Source: Alphaproteobacteria bacterium
Lineage (GTDB): Bacteria > Pseudomonadota > Alphaproteobacteria > UBA828
Assembly: GCA_965214705.1 (NCBI GenBank)
Contig: OZ243972.1
Coordinates: 3,072,001-3,136,000 of the forward strand
DNA: 64,000 nt
Reading direction: 5' to 3'
Below the pieces are notes generated by a model. That model was not told where the DNA came from. It saw nothing but the letters and a program-made list of their open reading frames with translations, and did no database searches. The position numbers were made by a program, and so were the translations under genes. This document shows, piece by piece, positions 1-9,647 of this stretch (positions are counted from its first letter, which is position 1; each line of letters opens with the position of its first letter).

Positions 1-156
1 GAACGCGGTCCCCGGGTCGGGCCGCACCTGCTCCCTGCCGGGACAGCGGAAGGCGCGGTTTTCCGCGATGACTTCGCTCGCGGCGGCGGGGTCGATGCCG
101 ATCTCGGCGAGCAGGTCGCCGGTGGGGACGTCGAAATGGGTATCGGGGTCGAACAT
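1..156 (-). CDS. hypothetical protein, runs off the window edge
   Basis: AGGGAGG RBS then ATG at 156; open frame MFDPDTHFDVPTGDLLAEIGIDP... to position 1. Confidence 0.5.
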   Translation of the reverse strand, partial: MFDPDTHFDVPTGDLLAEIGIDPAAASEVIAENRAFRCPGREQVRPDPGTAF

Positions 157-409
157 GGCCGGAGCCTCCCTTGGCCTGCCCGGCGCCGGCGAGGGAAACC
201 GCTCCCTCCGCTCTCCGGGCGATCGCCCGAAGCGCGCTCTTCTCCAACTCCGCGAAGGGGACGCCACGCGGGACGCATTCGCCCGCCGCATGCGCGGAGC
301 GGCGGTGGTGCCGGAATGGGCGGACCGTGGGCCGCATGGCCTGCCCCCGCCGCCGGCCCGGCGGTTCAGTGCGGGGCGCCGTTGCCGGCGCGACGGGACC
401 GGCCCGGCG

Positions 410-640
410 CTACAGGCGCTCCGCGGCGAAGGCGGTCCAGTTCTCCCGTGTCCAGCCGAGCGGCCGGTTCAGCCTGTCCGCGATCTCCAGGGCCTCGTCG
501 ACGCCCAACACGATCAGCGACGTGCCGATGGCCACATCCATCCCGTCGACGACGATGCGGATCTGCTGGAACCCCGTGTCGGGGTCCTCGACGGGCACGA
601 AGGCGTAGACGGGATTGTCGGGCATCGTGGCGTTGCTCAT
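410..640 (-). CDS. small hypothetical protein (76 aa)
   Basis: GGGAGA RBS, protein-like composition, co-oriented with neighbours. Confidence 0.6.
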   Translation of the reverse strand: MSNATMPDNPVYAFVPVEDPDTGFQQIRIVVDGMDVAIGTSLIVLGVDEALEIADRLNRPLGWTRENWTAFAAERL

Positions 641-906
641 GTGCTCGTTTCTCCCTGTGGGCCGCCGGGACGGGCCGCCCGCCCGCCGGCTATATGTATG
701 GCGGACGCCGGGCCGGCGGTACGGACGGGCGCTGGCGGCGAACCGGCCCCGCCCGATTGAACATCGTTCACGCCCAGGCCGTGAAGCTCGCGGTGACCGG
801 GGCGTCCCGGATCACCTCGACCTGCTCCGAGGACAGCTTGGCGAAGGCGAGGCAGAGAACGACGTCGGCCATGCTGTCATAGGGTGTAGGTCTGGCATGG
901 CGATCG

Positions 907-919
907 TAAGTCATTGATT
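907..919 (-). promoter_or_regulatory. IHF-like binding site inside the IS left end
   Basis: reverse strand AATCAATGACTTA matches the consensus WATCAANNNNTTR. Confidence 0.5.
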
Positions 920-1105
920 TAGCGCGATTGGCGGGTGGCCGTAGGCAGCCAGAATCGGGTTTTCGTGACAATCGGCCGGTGCAGGGCCGGATTTTGTCAC
1001 AACGGCGGCATCCAGCAGTGGTGGGTGGGAACGCTCCGCACCGCGAGATGCGGTAGGATGCCGCGCCGACAACCCAACATCAGACCCAACATCAGGAGCG
1101 TTCCC

Positions 1106-2491
1106 ATGCCAGTGTCGCAGTCTCTCATCGCCTCGTCCATCGACCTTTTGGGCCTGCCTGCCGAAGTCGCCGAAGCGGTCGCCCAGGTGGTGGAGTTCTG
1201 TCGCGAACAGGCTGGGTCTGACCCGTCTGCCGAGACGTTCGAAACGGTTGAGACGGGGCTGCGGGACGCCATGAACGGCTTGGGTTGCAAGCTCCTTGGG
1301 GCCTTCGCCGAGAGCCGCGACGACGGTGCGAGCCGGATCGAGCGCGACGGACAGAGCTGGGTCCGGGTGGCGGCGACGCCGAAGACGATCATGACGACGC
1401 TCGGTCCCGTGACCTATCGGCGTGCGCGCTATCGCAGCGGCGCGAGCAGCACGTCGCTGGTGCCGGTGGACGAGAGCCTGGGCCTCATCGACGACTACCT
1501 GACGCGGCCGGCGGCGCAGCTCGGGCTGATGATGATGGGCCACTGTACGCCGCGTGAAGCGGAGGAGTTCTTCGCGAAAATGGGCGGAATGACGCCGTCG
1601 GTGAGCACGCTGCAGCGCCTGGCCCTGAGCATGCATGAGCACTGGGAGAGCGTCGCCCCGGAGACGCTGGCCAGCATCCGTGAAACCCAGGGCATACCGC
1701 CCGATGCGGTCACCGCGTCCGTCTCCCTTGACGGCGTCATGGTGGCGCTGCGGGCCGGCGAGGACGGCCGTGCCGAGGCGTGCTGGCGCGAGGCCTCTTG
1801 CGGCACGGTCTCCTTCCACGACGCCGAGGGCCAACGGCTGAAGACCCTCTATCTCGGCCGTATGCCCGAGAGCGGCAAGGCCGCGCTGAAAGCGCAACTT
1901 GCAAGCGAGGTCGCCCATATCCGCCGTGTGAGCCCGAAGATCAGGATCGGCGCCGTCGCCGACGGGGCCGCCGACAACTGGACCTTCCTCGAAAGCCTCT
2001 CGCCCGAGACCGAGGTCATCGACTTCTGGCACGCTTGCGAGCATCTCCGCGTGGCCTCTGACCATGCGGTGGCGCGCCACTGGTTCGAGAAGCACCGCGA
2101 AATCCTGCGCCACGACCCCCGCGGCGTCGACAAGGTGATCCGGGCACTGCGCTACCTCCTGGACAGGGCAAAGGGGGACCCGGCCGAGATCGAGCGCGAA
2201 CTGGCCTTCTTCCGAAAGCACCGCCATCGGATGCGCTACCACGCCCTGAAGGAAGAGGGCATCGCCATCGGCTCGGGTGTGGTCGAGGCGGCCTGCAAGA
2301 CCCTCGTCGCGCAGCGCTTGAAACGCTCGGGCATGCGCTGGCGGATCGACGGCGGGCAGGCGGTTCTGACCTTCCGCGCCCTGATCAAATCCGGCCTCTT
2401 CGACCGGGCATGGGATGCGCTCATGGACGCCCGATCCGGACCAGCTAACGACAACATCAGCCCAACCGAAGTCCTGGCACTCGCTGCTTGA
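1106..2491 (+). CDS. ISKra4/UPF0236-family DDE transposase
   Basis: AGGAG RBS before ATG 1106; motifs SLDG, ADGA..W, DFWHACEHL, IGSGVVEAACK..QRLKRSGMRW. Confidence 0.9.
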   Translation: MPVSQSLIASSIDLLGLPAEVAEAVAQVVEFCREQAGSDPSAETFETVETGLRDAMNGLGCKLLGAFAESRDDGASRIERDGQSWVRVAATPKTIMTTLGPVTYRRARYRSGASSTSLVPVDESLGLIDDYLTRPAAQLGLMMMGHCTPREAEEFFAKMGGMTPSVSTLQRLALSMHEHWESVAPETLASIRETQGIPPDAVTASVSLDGVMVALRAGEDGRAEACWREASCGTVSFHDAEGQRLKTLYLGRMPESGKAALKAQLASEVAHIRRVSPKIRIGAVADGAADNWTFLESLSPETEVIDFWHACEHLRVASDHAVARHWFEKHREILRHDPRGVDKVIRALRYLLDRAKGDPAEIERELAFFRKHRHRMRYHALKEEGIAIGSGVVEAACKTLVAQRLKRSGMRWRIDGGQAVLTFRALIKSGLFDRAWDALMDARSGPANDNISPTEVLALAA

Positions 2492-3831
2492 CCAAAATGA
2501 ACCAGCCCATATCCTTTAGCGCCATCACGACTGGCATATCGCCATACGAGAATCACACCCCTGTCATAGGTGCCGTGCTCGATTCCCGTCTCGAGTTCGA
2601 CGACCGTGTATTGCGGCTCATGGACCGGGATGCCGCGAAACGCCCCCGATCCTTCACGGTGCCTGATCGAACAGGGCTCGCAGCGCGCCACCCCGGGCGA
2701 GGGCGCATCGCACTCGACGCAACGGCCCCTGGCGCGCCTGTCGGCATACCGCCGGCGCCGCTCGGCATACTCCGCCTCGCGGTCTCGGCGCTCGTTCTTG
2801 GCGACGGCGCAGGGCGCGCAGTAGGCCGTGCCGTCGAATACCGGGGTCTTGCACTTGACGCAGACCCCGGCGGCGCGGCGGGCGTGGTAGCGCTCGCGCG
2901 CGGCGTCGCAGCAGGCGCGGCACTCGGCCGCCCCGTTGGCGGGCTTTCCGCAGGTGGTGCAATCGCCCCTGGCGCGCCGCTCGGCATAGCGCCGCCGGTC
3001 GGCCTCACGTCTGGCTTCCGGGTTGCGCTTCCGCCGCTTGTTCCGGGCCTCGCCGCAGGGGTCGCAATAGGCCCTCCCGCCGGGCGCGGGCATCGCACAT
3101 TTCACGCACAATCCGGCGGCGCGGCGTTCGGCATGGCGCGCGCGTTTCGCGGCCCGCCGGTTCTCGCGGCACGGCTCGCACATGGACCGGCCCTCCGCGG
3201 GCGGGGCATGTCCGCAGCGGATACAGATGCCGGCCTCCCGGCGGGCTTCGGCGCGCCGGCGGCTGCGCTTCCGGCCGGCCCGCCGCTTGGCTTCCGGATC
3301 GCGGCCGCCATAGGCCAGGCCCCGGGCCTTGGCGCGGGCATGACGGGCGCGGTCGTGCGCGCGATGCTGCTCCGCGCAGGGCTCGCAGGTCGTCCGGTCC
3401 GGGCGTGCCGGAGCCCTGCCGCACTTCGTGCAGATGCCGGCGGCTTTCCTCTCGATGTGCAGCCGGCGGCCGCGCTCGCGCTCGTACTGTTTTGCCTTGG
3501 CAGGATCACGCCTGGGTTTTCCCTCGGCGCGCAGCCTGGCGTTGCGGGCGCGATCGGCGGCGTTGCGCTTCTCGGCGCAGGGCGCGCAGAGCGTGCGCTC
3601 GGGTTCGGGCTCGGTCCGGCCGCAATTCAGGCAGAGGCCGGCCGCCCGGCGGGCTTCGGTCCGCCGGCGGTAGCGTTCCAGGTCGCGAGCGCGCCGAACG
3701 CTGATGTCCTTGTACGCCATGACGGCGCTCTCCCTGCCGATGTGGAATTCGGGACGGAGGACGTCCGGCCGGCTGCCCATGCCCCCGAACCGGGGACGGC
3801 GGGCCGGCTGGACGTCCCAGGGAGGAAGGGG

Positions 3832-4158
3832 TCAGCCCTTCTGGCGGCGGTCGCAGAACAAGGACGTCGATACGCTTCCCCAGTACTGGACCCCGCCGCG
3901 GCTCTTGAGGCCGGTGCAGACGATGATCTCGTTGGGAGCGGGCCGCATCTCCTTGACCGCCTTCAGCGTGGCGGTGAAGACCTTCGCCCTGCGGTTCCTG
4001 CCACCCTTCGGCGCCGGATCGGGGCAGCGCCGAATCTCGCCGTCCGCCATCGCCCGGAACTTCTCGACCGCATAGCGATCGTCGGCCAGGCCGGGTCCGA
4101 AGAAATGGGTGAGAAAGGTCGCCGCCGTGTTGCCGGGCAATGCGATCGCTGCGCTCAT
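3832..4158 (-). CDS. hypothetical protein (108 aa)
   Basis: GGAG RBS; co-oriented upstream of the zinc-repeat gene. Confidence 0.6.
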   Translation of the reverse strand: MSAAIALPGNTAATFLTHFFGPGLADDRYAVEKFRAMADGEIRRCPDPAPKGGRNRRAKVFTATLKAVKEMRPAPNEIIVCTGLKSRGGVQYWGSVSTSLFCDRRQKG

Positions 4159-4368
4159 GATGCCGTCTCCATCGTGCCGTGGTGGAAATCGGCGGCAGCG
4201 CCCCGCCCTCCGAAGCGCCGACCGCCGCCCCGCTCACGGCCAAGCCTCTTCTCCTGCCGGCGAGAGGCGCGCAGGTGGAGACGACGGCAGGATGGCTGCG
4301 TAGCGGGCAGGGGCACGGCGCGAGTTGAAAAGCCACACCGGGTATCATAAAAGGAGCCATGAAGGCGG

Positions 4369-4776
4369 ATGCGCGCGAGGGTCGGGTTGCAGACGTTCAA
4401 GACCAAGGCCTTCGCCCGTTTCGCCGACCGCGAAGGGCTGGAGGATACAGCCTTGTGCGAGGCCGTCCGGCGCGCCGGGGAAGGGCTGATCGACGCCGAC
4501 CTCGGCGGCGGCGTCATCAAGCAGCGCATCGCCCGCAAGGGAGGCGGCCGGTCCGGCGGGTTCCGCACGATCGTGCTGTTCCGCCGGGGCGCGCTGGCGT
4601 TCTTCGTCTACGGTTTCGCCAAGAGCGACCGCGAGAACCTGCGCCGGGACGAGCTCGAGACCTACAGGCTGTTGGCCGACGGGTATCTGGCGCTGGACAG
4701 GAAGGGCCTGGCGGCCGCGCAGGCGACTGGATCGATAATCGAGGTGGAATGCGATGACCAAGCAATACAAGAGTGA
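4369..4776 (+). CDS. higB: type II TA toxin, RelE/ParE (HigB-2-like) family
   Basis: FKTKAFARFA...DADLGGGVIKQRIARKGGGRSGGFRTI...FFVYGFAKSDRENL; start could be TTG 4387. Confidence 0.88.
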   Translation: MRARVGLQTFKTKAFARFADREGLEDTALCEAVRRAGEGLIDADLGGGVIKQRIARKGGGRSGGFRTIVLFRRGALAFFVYGFAKSDRENLRRDELETYRLLADGYLALDRKGLAAAQATGSIIEVECDDQAIQE

Positions 4777-5071
4777 GGCGCTCGCGGCTGCGCACGAGGC
4801 GGCGCTCGGCCTGGCCGAGGCGGGCCTGATGTCGAAACGGACCATGCGGAAGTTCGACGAGATGTGCCTCACGCCCGTCAAGGAGATGACGCCGGAGGAC
4901 ATTCGCGAGCTTCGGCTGCGCGAGCATGCGAGCCAGGCGGTGTTCGCGCGCTACCTCAACGTGACGACGGGTCTGGTGAGCCAGTGGGAGCGCGGCGAGA
5001 AGCGCCCCCGGGGCACCTCGCTCAAGCTGCTGACACTGGTCGCCAAGAACGGTCTTGGGGCGGTCGCGTGA
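4754..5071 (+). CDS. higA: XRE-HTH antitoxin (HigA-2-like)
   Basis: IRELRLREHASQAVFARYLNVTTGLVSQWERGEKRP HTH; overlaps the toxin 3' end; toxin-first order. Confidence 0.88.
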   Translation: MTKQYKSEALAAAHEAALGLAEAGLMSKRTMRKFDEMCLTPVKEMTPEDIRELRLREHASQAVFARYLNVTTGLVSQWERGEKRPRGTSLKLLTLVAKNGLGAVA

Positions 5072-5182
5072 CGGGCAGATACGCTCTGGCGCGCTGCAAT
5101 ACTATTGAATCCGCTTTCGGTTTGATCTCGGATCAGGTCAGGAAAGAGAATAATTGTTGTATTTAGGTGAGTTAGATGGATA

Positions 5183-5575
5183 GCGGTTCTTACCGACAGC
5201 AAGACGGGGCCGCGAAAGGTTCCTCTCAACAGCCAGGCCCGACGCGTCCTGGAGCGACAGCCGCGTGTGGGAAGCCCATTCGTGTTCCCGTCGCCGCGCG
5301 ATCCGTCGCGACCGCGCGGCGTTGACCTTCCGCTGTGGTATTCGGCGCGCCGGGAGGCCGGCATCGAGGATGTCCGGCTTCACGACCTCAGACACACCCA
5401 CGCCAGCCACGCGGTGATGAACGGAGTGCCGGTGCCGGTGGTCTCGCGGCTCCTCGGCCATTCCAACGTCCGCATGACGCTCCGCTACGCCCATCTCGGG
5501 GACCGCGACATCGAGGCCGCCGCCGAGAGGGTCGGACAGGCCGTTGCCGACATCATGGGTATCGGAAGCGACTGA
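5183..5575 (+). pseudogene. tyrosine recombinase/integrase C-terminal remnant
   Basis: LTDSKTGPR...HDLRHTHAS...LLGHSNVRMTLRYAHL; N-terminal part including the first catalytic Arg is missing. Confidence 0.85.
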
Positions 5576-5944
5576 TCCGTTTGCGGTGAACCTCGTTTGC
5601 CTACACTCGCCACAATCCGGTTCGGTCATGGCGCAGACGTACCTTACCAATCCCCATTTCATTACCTTTGGAGATCACTTGGGCGTCCTCCGGCGTCTCC
5701 TTCAGCCAGCGCGCCGGAACCGAAATCCGACCGATCACTGTCCCGTCGAACGGCGACGTTAGTTCGACCGCAATGTCCACTGTCCTGTCGCTCGAGGCGG
5801 GTGACAATCCTCTCGTTGACCTTGGCCTGAGTGGCTTTACCGGTGAGTGTTGGTGGAGCTTCCCCCGGAGGAACCTCCTGCTGAGAGAGTGGTCCTTCTA
5901 CAGGATCCCAGATTGAATTAGTCTTTCCTCCACGGGAGGCTGAC

Positions 5945-7159
5945 ATGGCTAACGGATCTCCGACGGAGGTCTCCGCCGAGGCCCTGGTTGAGGCGGCCCG
6001 CGACTTGGTACCGAAGCTCGCCGCCGGTGCAGCGGACCGCGACAGGAACCGCACATTGCCGCTCGACGAGGTCGATCTCGTGCGCCGGTCGCGTGTCCTG
6101 ACCGCACGGGTTCCCGAGCGTTTCGGTGGTCCGGGCGCCAGCTTCGAGTCATTCGCCGAGATCACAATGTCGCTCTCCGAAGGCGACTGCAACGTCGCCC
6201 AATCGGTCGGCCCGAGCTGCGTCATGCTGGAGCTGTTCCGGCTGGAATCGACCGAGGCCCAAATGCGCAGGTACTACGGGAAGGTTCTGGACGGCGTCAT
6301 CTATACCAACGCGATGGCGGAGCGTGGAGGCAAGTTCGTCGGCGACCTCAAGACGACGATCGCCCCGGACGGCGACGTCTATCGCATCAACGGCACTAAG
6401 TTCTACTGCACCGGAAGCCAGGTGTGCGACGAAATCATCGCGAACGGTCTGATGCCGGACGGCTCCCTCGGCTATGTCCTGTTGCCGGTCGGCAGTGCGG
6501 GCGTGACCATCGAAGACGACTGGGACGGCATGGGGCAACGCACCACCTCAAGCGGCACGATCCGGTTCGACAATGTGGCGGTGGTGCCGGACGACGTGGT
6601 CCCCGCGCCCGATGCGCACACCCGGCGCGCCTATGTCGGGGCCGGCTTTCAACTCTTTCAGGCGGCGATCGACGCGGGAATTACACGCGCCGCCCTGACC
6701 GATGCGATCGATTACGCCCGAACCAAGGCCCGCCCGGTACCGGAAGCGGGCGTGACGCGCCAGGCCGATGACCCGTATGTCATTTCGGCGATCGGCGAAA
6801 TGGCGACCTTTTCGCACGGTGCAGACTCGATGGTGCGGCGCGCTGCGAGGGTTGTCGACCAGGCGTCGGAAGCGCAGATCACGGGAAGCCTCGCCGGGGA
6901 CGCGCTCGACAGGCAGCTGAGCGAGGGCTCCATCGCGGTCTGCGAAGCCAAGATCGCGGCAACCCATGCCGCGCTCAGGGTCAGCGAAATGCTGTTTCAA
7001 GTCGCCGGCGCTTCCGCTTCGCTCCGGCGCTACGACCTGGACCGTCATTGGCGCAACGCGCGCACTCACACGCTGCACGATCCCGTGTCCTACAAGTACC
7101 GGGCGGTCGGCGACTTCCTTCTGAACGGCCGGCCGCCGCCGATTTCCACCAAGTACTGA
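5945..7159 (+). CDS. acyl-CoA dehydrogenase-like flavin monooxygenase (SfnB/DszC type)
   Basis: NGTKFYCTGS, DDWDGMGQRTTSSGT, DRHWRNARTHTLHDPV; GGGAGG RBS. Confidence 0.88.
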   Translation: MANGSPTEVSAEALVEAARDLVPKLAAGAADRDRNRTLPLDEVDLVRRSRVLTARVPERFGGPGASFESFAEITMSLSEGDCNVAQSVGPSCVMLELFRLESTEAQMRRYYGKVLDGVIYTNAMAERGGKFVGDLKTTIAPDGDVYRINGTKFYCTGSQVCDEIIANGLMPDGSLGYVLLPVGSAGVTIEDDWDGMGQRTTSSGTIRFDNVAVVPDDVVPAPDAHTRRAYVGAGFQLFQAAIDAGITRAALTDAIDYARTKARPVPEAGVTRQADDPYVISAIGEMATFSHGADSMVRRAARVVDQASEAQITGSLAGDALDRQLSEGSIAVCEAKIAATHAALRVSEMLFQVAGASASLRRYDLDRHWRNARTHTLHDPVSYKYRAVGDFLLNGRPPPISTKY

Positions 7160-7225
7160 GTTGCGGCCCAGCGCGGCTTTCGGGGACGCAGCCTTCTTCC
7201 TATCGAACCGTCGGGAGGCAACGGC

Positions 7226-7999
7226 ATGGCGACATTCGACGACTACGCCGAACGGTACCGGCACATCAAGATGGAGCGGCGAAACGGCATTTTGCAGATC
7301 ACCCTTCATAGCGGTGGCGACAGCCTTCGCTGGAGTCTCGGCCCGCATGAGGAGATCGGGCACGCGTTTGCGGATATCGGCGGGGATCCCGACAACGAGG
7401 TCGTGATCATGACCGGGACCGGCGCCGAGTTCTCCGGCCCGAGGGCGTCGGCAGCGACCCGCTCTCCCGCGCACGGCGTCACGGCGCGGGAATGGGGCAG
7501 TATCTACCGGGACGGCAAACAGTTGCTGATGAACCTGCTCAATATCGAAATGCCGATGATCAGCGCCATCAACGGCCCCGCGTGGCGCCACTCGGAGCTC
7601 CCACTGCTCTGCGACATCGTGCTCGCCGCCGAGGATGCCGCATTCCAGGACTCGGCGCACTTCCAGGGTGGTCTCGTCCCGGGAGACGGCGTCCACGTCA
7701 TCTACCCATTGATCATGGGCCTCAACCGGGGCCGCTACTTCCTGCTCACTGGCCAGACGCTCGACGCCCACGAAGCGAAGAACGTGGGCCTCGTCAACGA
7801 AGTGCTGCCACGGGGCGAGGTGCTGCCCCGCGCCTGGGAACTGGCGGAGCAAATGATGCAACAGTCCTCTCTCGTGCGGCGCTACACCCGGGTCATGCTC
7901 ACCCAGTACGTCAAGAGGGCGATGCACGATCTCCTGGGGTACGGGCTCGCGCTGGAGGGGCTCGCCGTCCTGGAGGCGGCGGAGGACGGCGAATCATAG
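7226..7999 (+). CDS. camK: crotonase-family beta-diketone hydrolase (6-oxocamphor hydrolase-like)
   Basis: FQDSAHFQGGLVPGDGVHV...NRGRYFLLTGQTLDA closely resembles CamK; catalytic His/Asp retained. Confidence 0.82.
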   Translation: MATFDDYAERYRHIKMERRNGILQITLHSGGDSLRWSLGPHEEIGHAFADIGGDPDNEVVIMTGTGAEFSGPRASAATRSPAHGVTAREWGSIYRDGKQLLMNLLNIEMPMISAINGPAWRHSELPLLCDIVLAAEDAAFQDSAHFQGGLVPGDGVHVIYPLIMGLNRGRYFLLTGQTLDAHEAKNVGLVNEVLPRGEVLPRAWELAEQMMQQSSLVRRYTRVMLTQYVKRAMHDLLGYGLALEGLAVLEAAEDGES

Positions 8000-8074
8000 A
8001 TATCAGGAACTGGCAAGTGCGGACGAGCCTCGGAGCAGGTCGGTCACGCGACCCTTGTGATCAGGATATCGGCC

Positions 8075-9322
8075 TCAGAAGCGGTCGGCTCGAAACGGCG
8101 TCATGTCGGCGACCGTGGAGCGGCCCGCCGCCATGTCCGCGATGGCCCGGCCGGTGGCCGCTGCCAGCGTCAGGCCGATATGGCCGTGGCCGAAGGCCAG
8201 AAGGACACCGGGCTCGCCCTCGATACCTGAAATGACCGGCTTCGAATCGGGAAAGGAGGGCCGCGGACCCATCCAGCGCTCGACCTGTGCGGTTCCAAGC
8301 CCCGGATAGAATCGGGAGGCATGTTTGAGCAAGACCTCGGCGCGCGCATCGTTCGGCGGCGCGTCGAGGCCGGCGAGCTCGACCGTGCCGGCGACACGCA
8401 GGCCATCGGCCATCGGCGTGCAGTAGAAGCCGCGCGCCTCGGACCCGACGGGTATCCGGAGATCGAGACCCGGATCCCGCAGCATGACGTGATAGCCCCG
8501 CTCCGTATCGAGGGGCAGCCTTGCGCCGAGCGGTCGGACAAGCGCGCGCGACCATGCTCCGGCGGCGACGACCACGAGTTCGGCGTCGACGGGGTCCTCT
8601 CCGGTCACGACCTGGCGCAGTCCCGGTTCCTTCGTAACGATGCCGCGCGCCTCGGCTCTGACCATGCTGCCGCCCTTGCGGAAGAAATCTGCGGCAAGGG
8701 CCCGTGTAAGGCGCACGGGGCTCGCCACGCTGTTGACGTCGGGCCGATAGGTGCCTCCCTTGAAGATCGCTGCAAGCGCGGGCTCGATCTGGCGAATCTC
8801 GTCCGCGCTGACTTCTTCGGTCTTACCGCCGTGGCGTTGTCGCAATGCGCGGTCGCCGCGAGCGAATTCTAACTCTGCTTCCGTCTCATGGACGAGGAGC
8901 GCGCCCCGCCGATAGATCAGGTCTTCTGCGCCGGCGTTCTTGATGAGCGGCGCGTAGGCCTCCTCGGACTGGCTGGTCAGGGTCGCCACCTCTGCGGTGA
9001 TCGTCTCTACACGCTCAGCCGTCCCCGCCCGGATGAAGCGCCAGAGCCAGGGCGCGGCACGCGGCACATAAGTCCAGCGCACCGCGAAAGGCCCCAGCGA
9101 GTCCAGCAGCATGGCCGGTACACGCCGGAGCAGGCCCGGCCTAGCGATTGGGGGCACTGCGCTCGTCGCGATCAGGCCCGCGTTGCCGAACGAGCACGCC
9201 TCCCCCGGCTCTCGCGGGTCGATCAGCGTGACCCGCCAGCCGTCACGCTGAAGATAGAGCGCACAGCAGGTGCCGACGATACCGGCACCGATCACTGCCG
9301 CCCTTTTCCCATCCGCCGTCAT
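8075..9322 (-). CDS. FAD-dependent D-amino acid dehydrogenase (DadA-like)
   Basis: GAGIVG Rossmann motif, CSFGNAG, ERGYH, WMGPRPSFPDSKPVI, FGHGHIGLT. Confidence 0.88.
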   Translation of the reverse strand: MTADGKRAAVIGAGIVGTCCALYLQRDGWRVTLIDPREPGEACSFGNAGLIATSAVPPIARPGLLRRVPAMLLDSLGPFAVRWTYVPRAAPWLWRFIRAGTAERVETITAEVATLTSQSEEAYAPLIKNAGAEDLIYRRGALLVHETEAELEFARGDRALRQRHGGKTEEVSADEIRQIEPALAAIFKGGTYRPDVNSVASPVRLTRALAADFFRKGGSMVRAEARGIVTKEPGLRQVVTGEDPVDAELVVVAAGAWSRALVRPLGARLPLDTERGYHVMLRDPGLDLRIPVGSEARGFYCTPMADGLRVAGTVELAGLDAPPNDARAEVLLKHASRFYPGLGTAQVERWMGPRPSFPDSKPVISGIEGEPGVLLAFGHGHIGLTLAAATGRAIADMAAGRSTVADMTPFRADRF

Positions 9323-9386
9323 CGTTCAGGGATCCGGGACGGAGCCTCCGGCTCGTGAGCGCCGCTGACCACAGAGATGCGAGTCT

Positions 9387-9408
9387 CCGGCATACGGTTT
9401 GCAAACCG
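9387..9408 (+). promoter_or_regulatory. candidate sigma-54 promoter overlapping a 14-bp palindromic operator
   Basis: CCGGCATACGGTTTGCA (GG-N10-GC); perfect palindrome CGGTTTGCAAACCG at 9395-9408 in a divergent intergenic region. Confidence 0.35.
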
Positions 9409-9647
9409 GGGCCATCGGTGCGAAGTGCGGCGGACGCAGTTTCCATGCTACAGTATCGGCTGGCCGGGGGAGCGCAAGATGCCGATTCTGACCGGCGTGA
9501 GACGCGGCGCCCGCCATGGCTCGGCCGCGCACCAAAGTGCAGCGAGGGAGCCGGCCTCGTGAACACCGCGCGCCAAAGCGCGAACGATATCTATCAGATC
9601 AACGGTTGTGCGCCGCTCGTGCTGGCGAGCGGCGGGAGGGTTCAGGG

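Larger units (their letters stand above)
882..2560 (+). mobile_element. ISKra4/ISLre2-type (prokaryotic Mutator-like) insertion sequence, copy 1
   Basis: imperfect IRs GGGTGTAGGTCTGGCATGGCGAT / GGGTGTGATTCTCGTATGGCGAT; 8-bp TSD CTGTCATA at 874-881 and 2561-2568. Confidence 0.93.
768..3720 (-). pseudogene. Arg-rich protein with 7 tandem CxxC-x(9-12)-CxxC zinc-ribbon-like repeats, interrupted by the IS at 882-2560
   Basis: ATG 3720 (MAYKDISVRR) with GGGAGAG RBS; reads to ...IEHGTYD at the IS; removing the IS and one TSD restores the frame ...YDSMADVVLCLAFAKLSSEQVEVIRDAPVTASFTAWA* ending at 768. Confidence 0.85.

Noticed and set aside
935-1105. N-terminal extension of the 518-aa transposase ORF
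   Set aside because: No RBS at 935; AGGAG precedes ATG 1106 and the extension spans the structured leader
911-2242. Long antisense ORFs (this one, 2488-4350, 12359-14362, 14340-16640 and similar)
   Set aside because: Shadow frames of high-GC genes with no recognisable motifs
4359-4757. Alternative-frame ORF overlapping the toxin, preceded by AAGGAG
   Set aside because: SD-ATG spacing is only 2 nt and the product is low-complexity and Arg-rich
5820-5940. Possible TPP or SAM riboswitch upstream of the monooxygenase (GCTGAGA motif)
   Set aside because: The other conserved riboswitch elements are not visible
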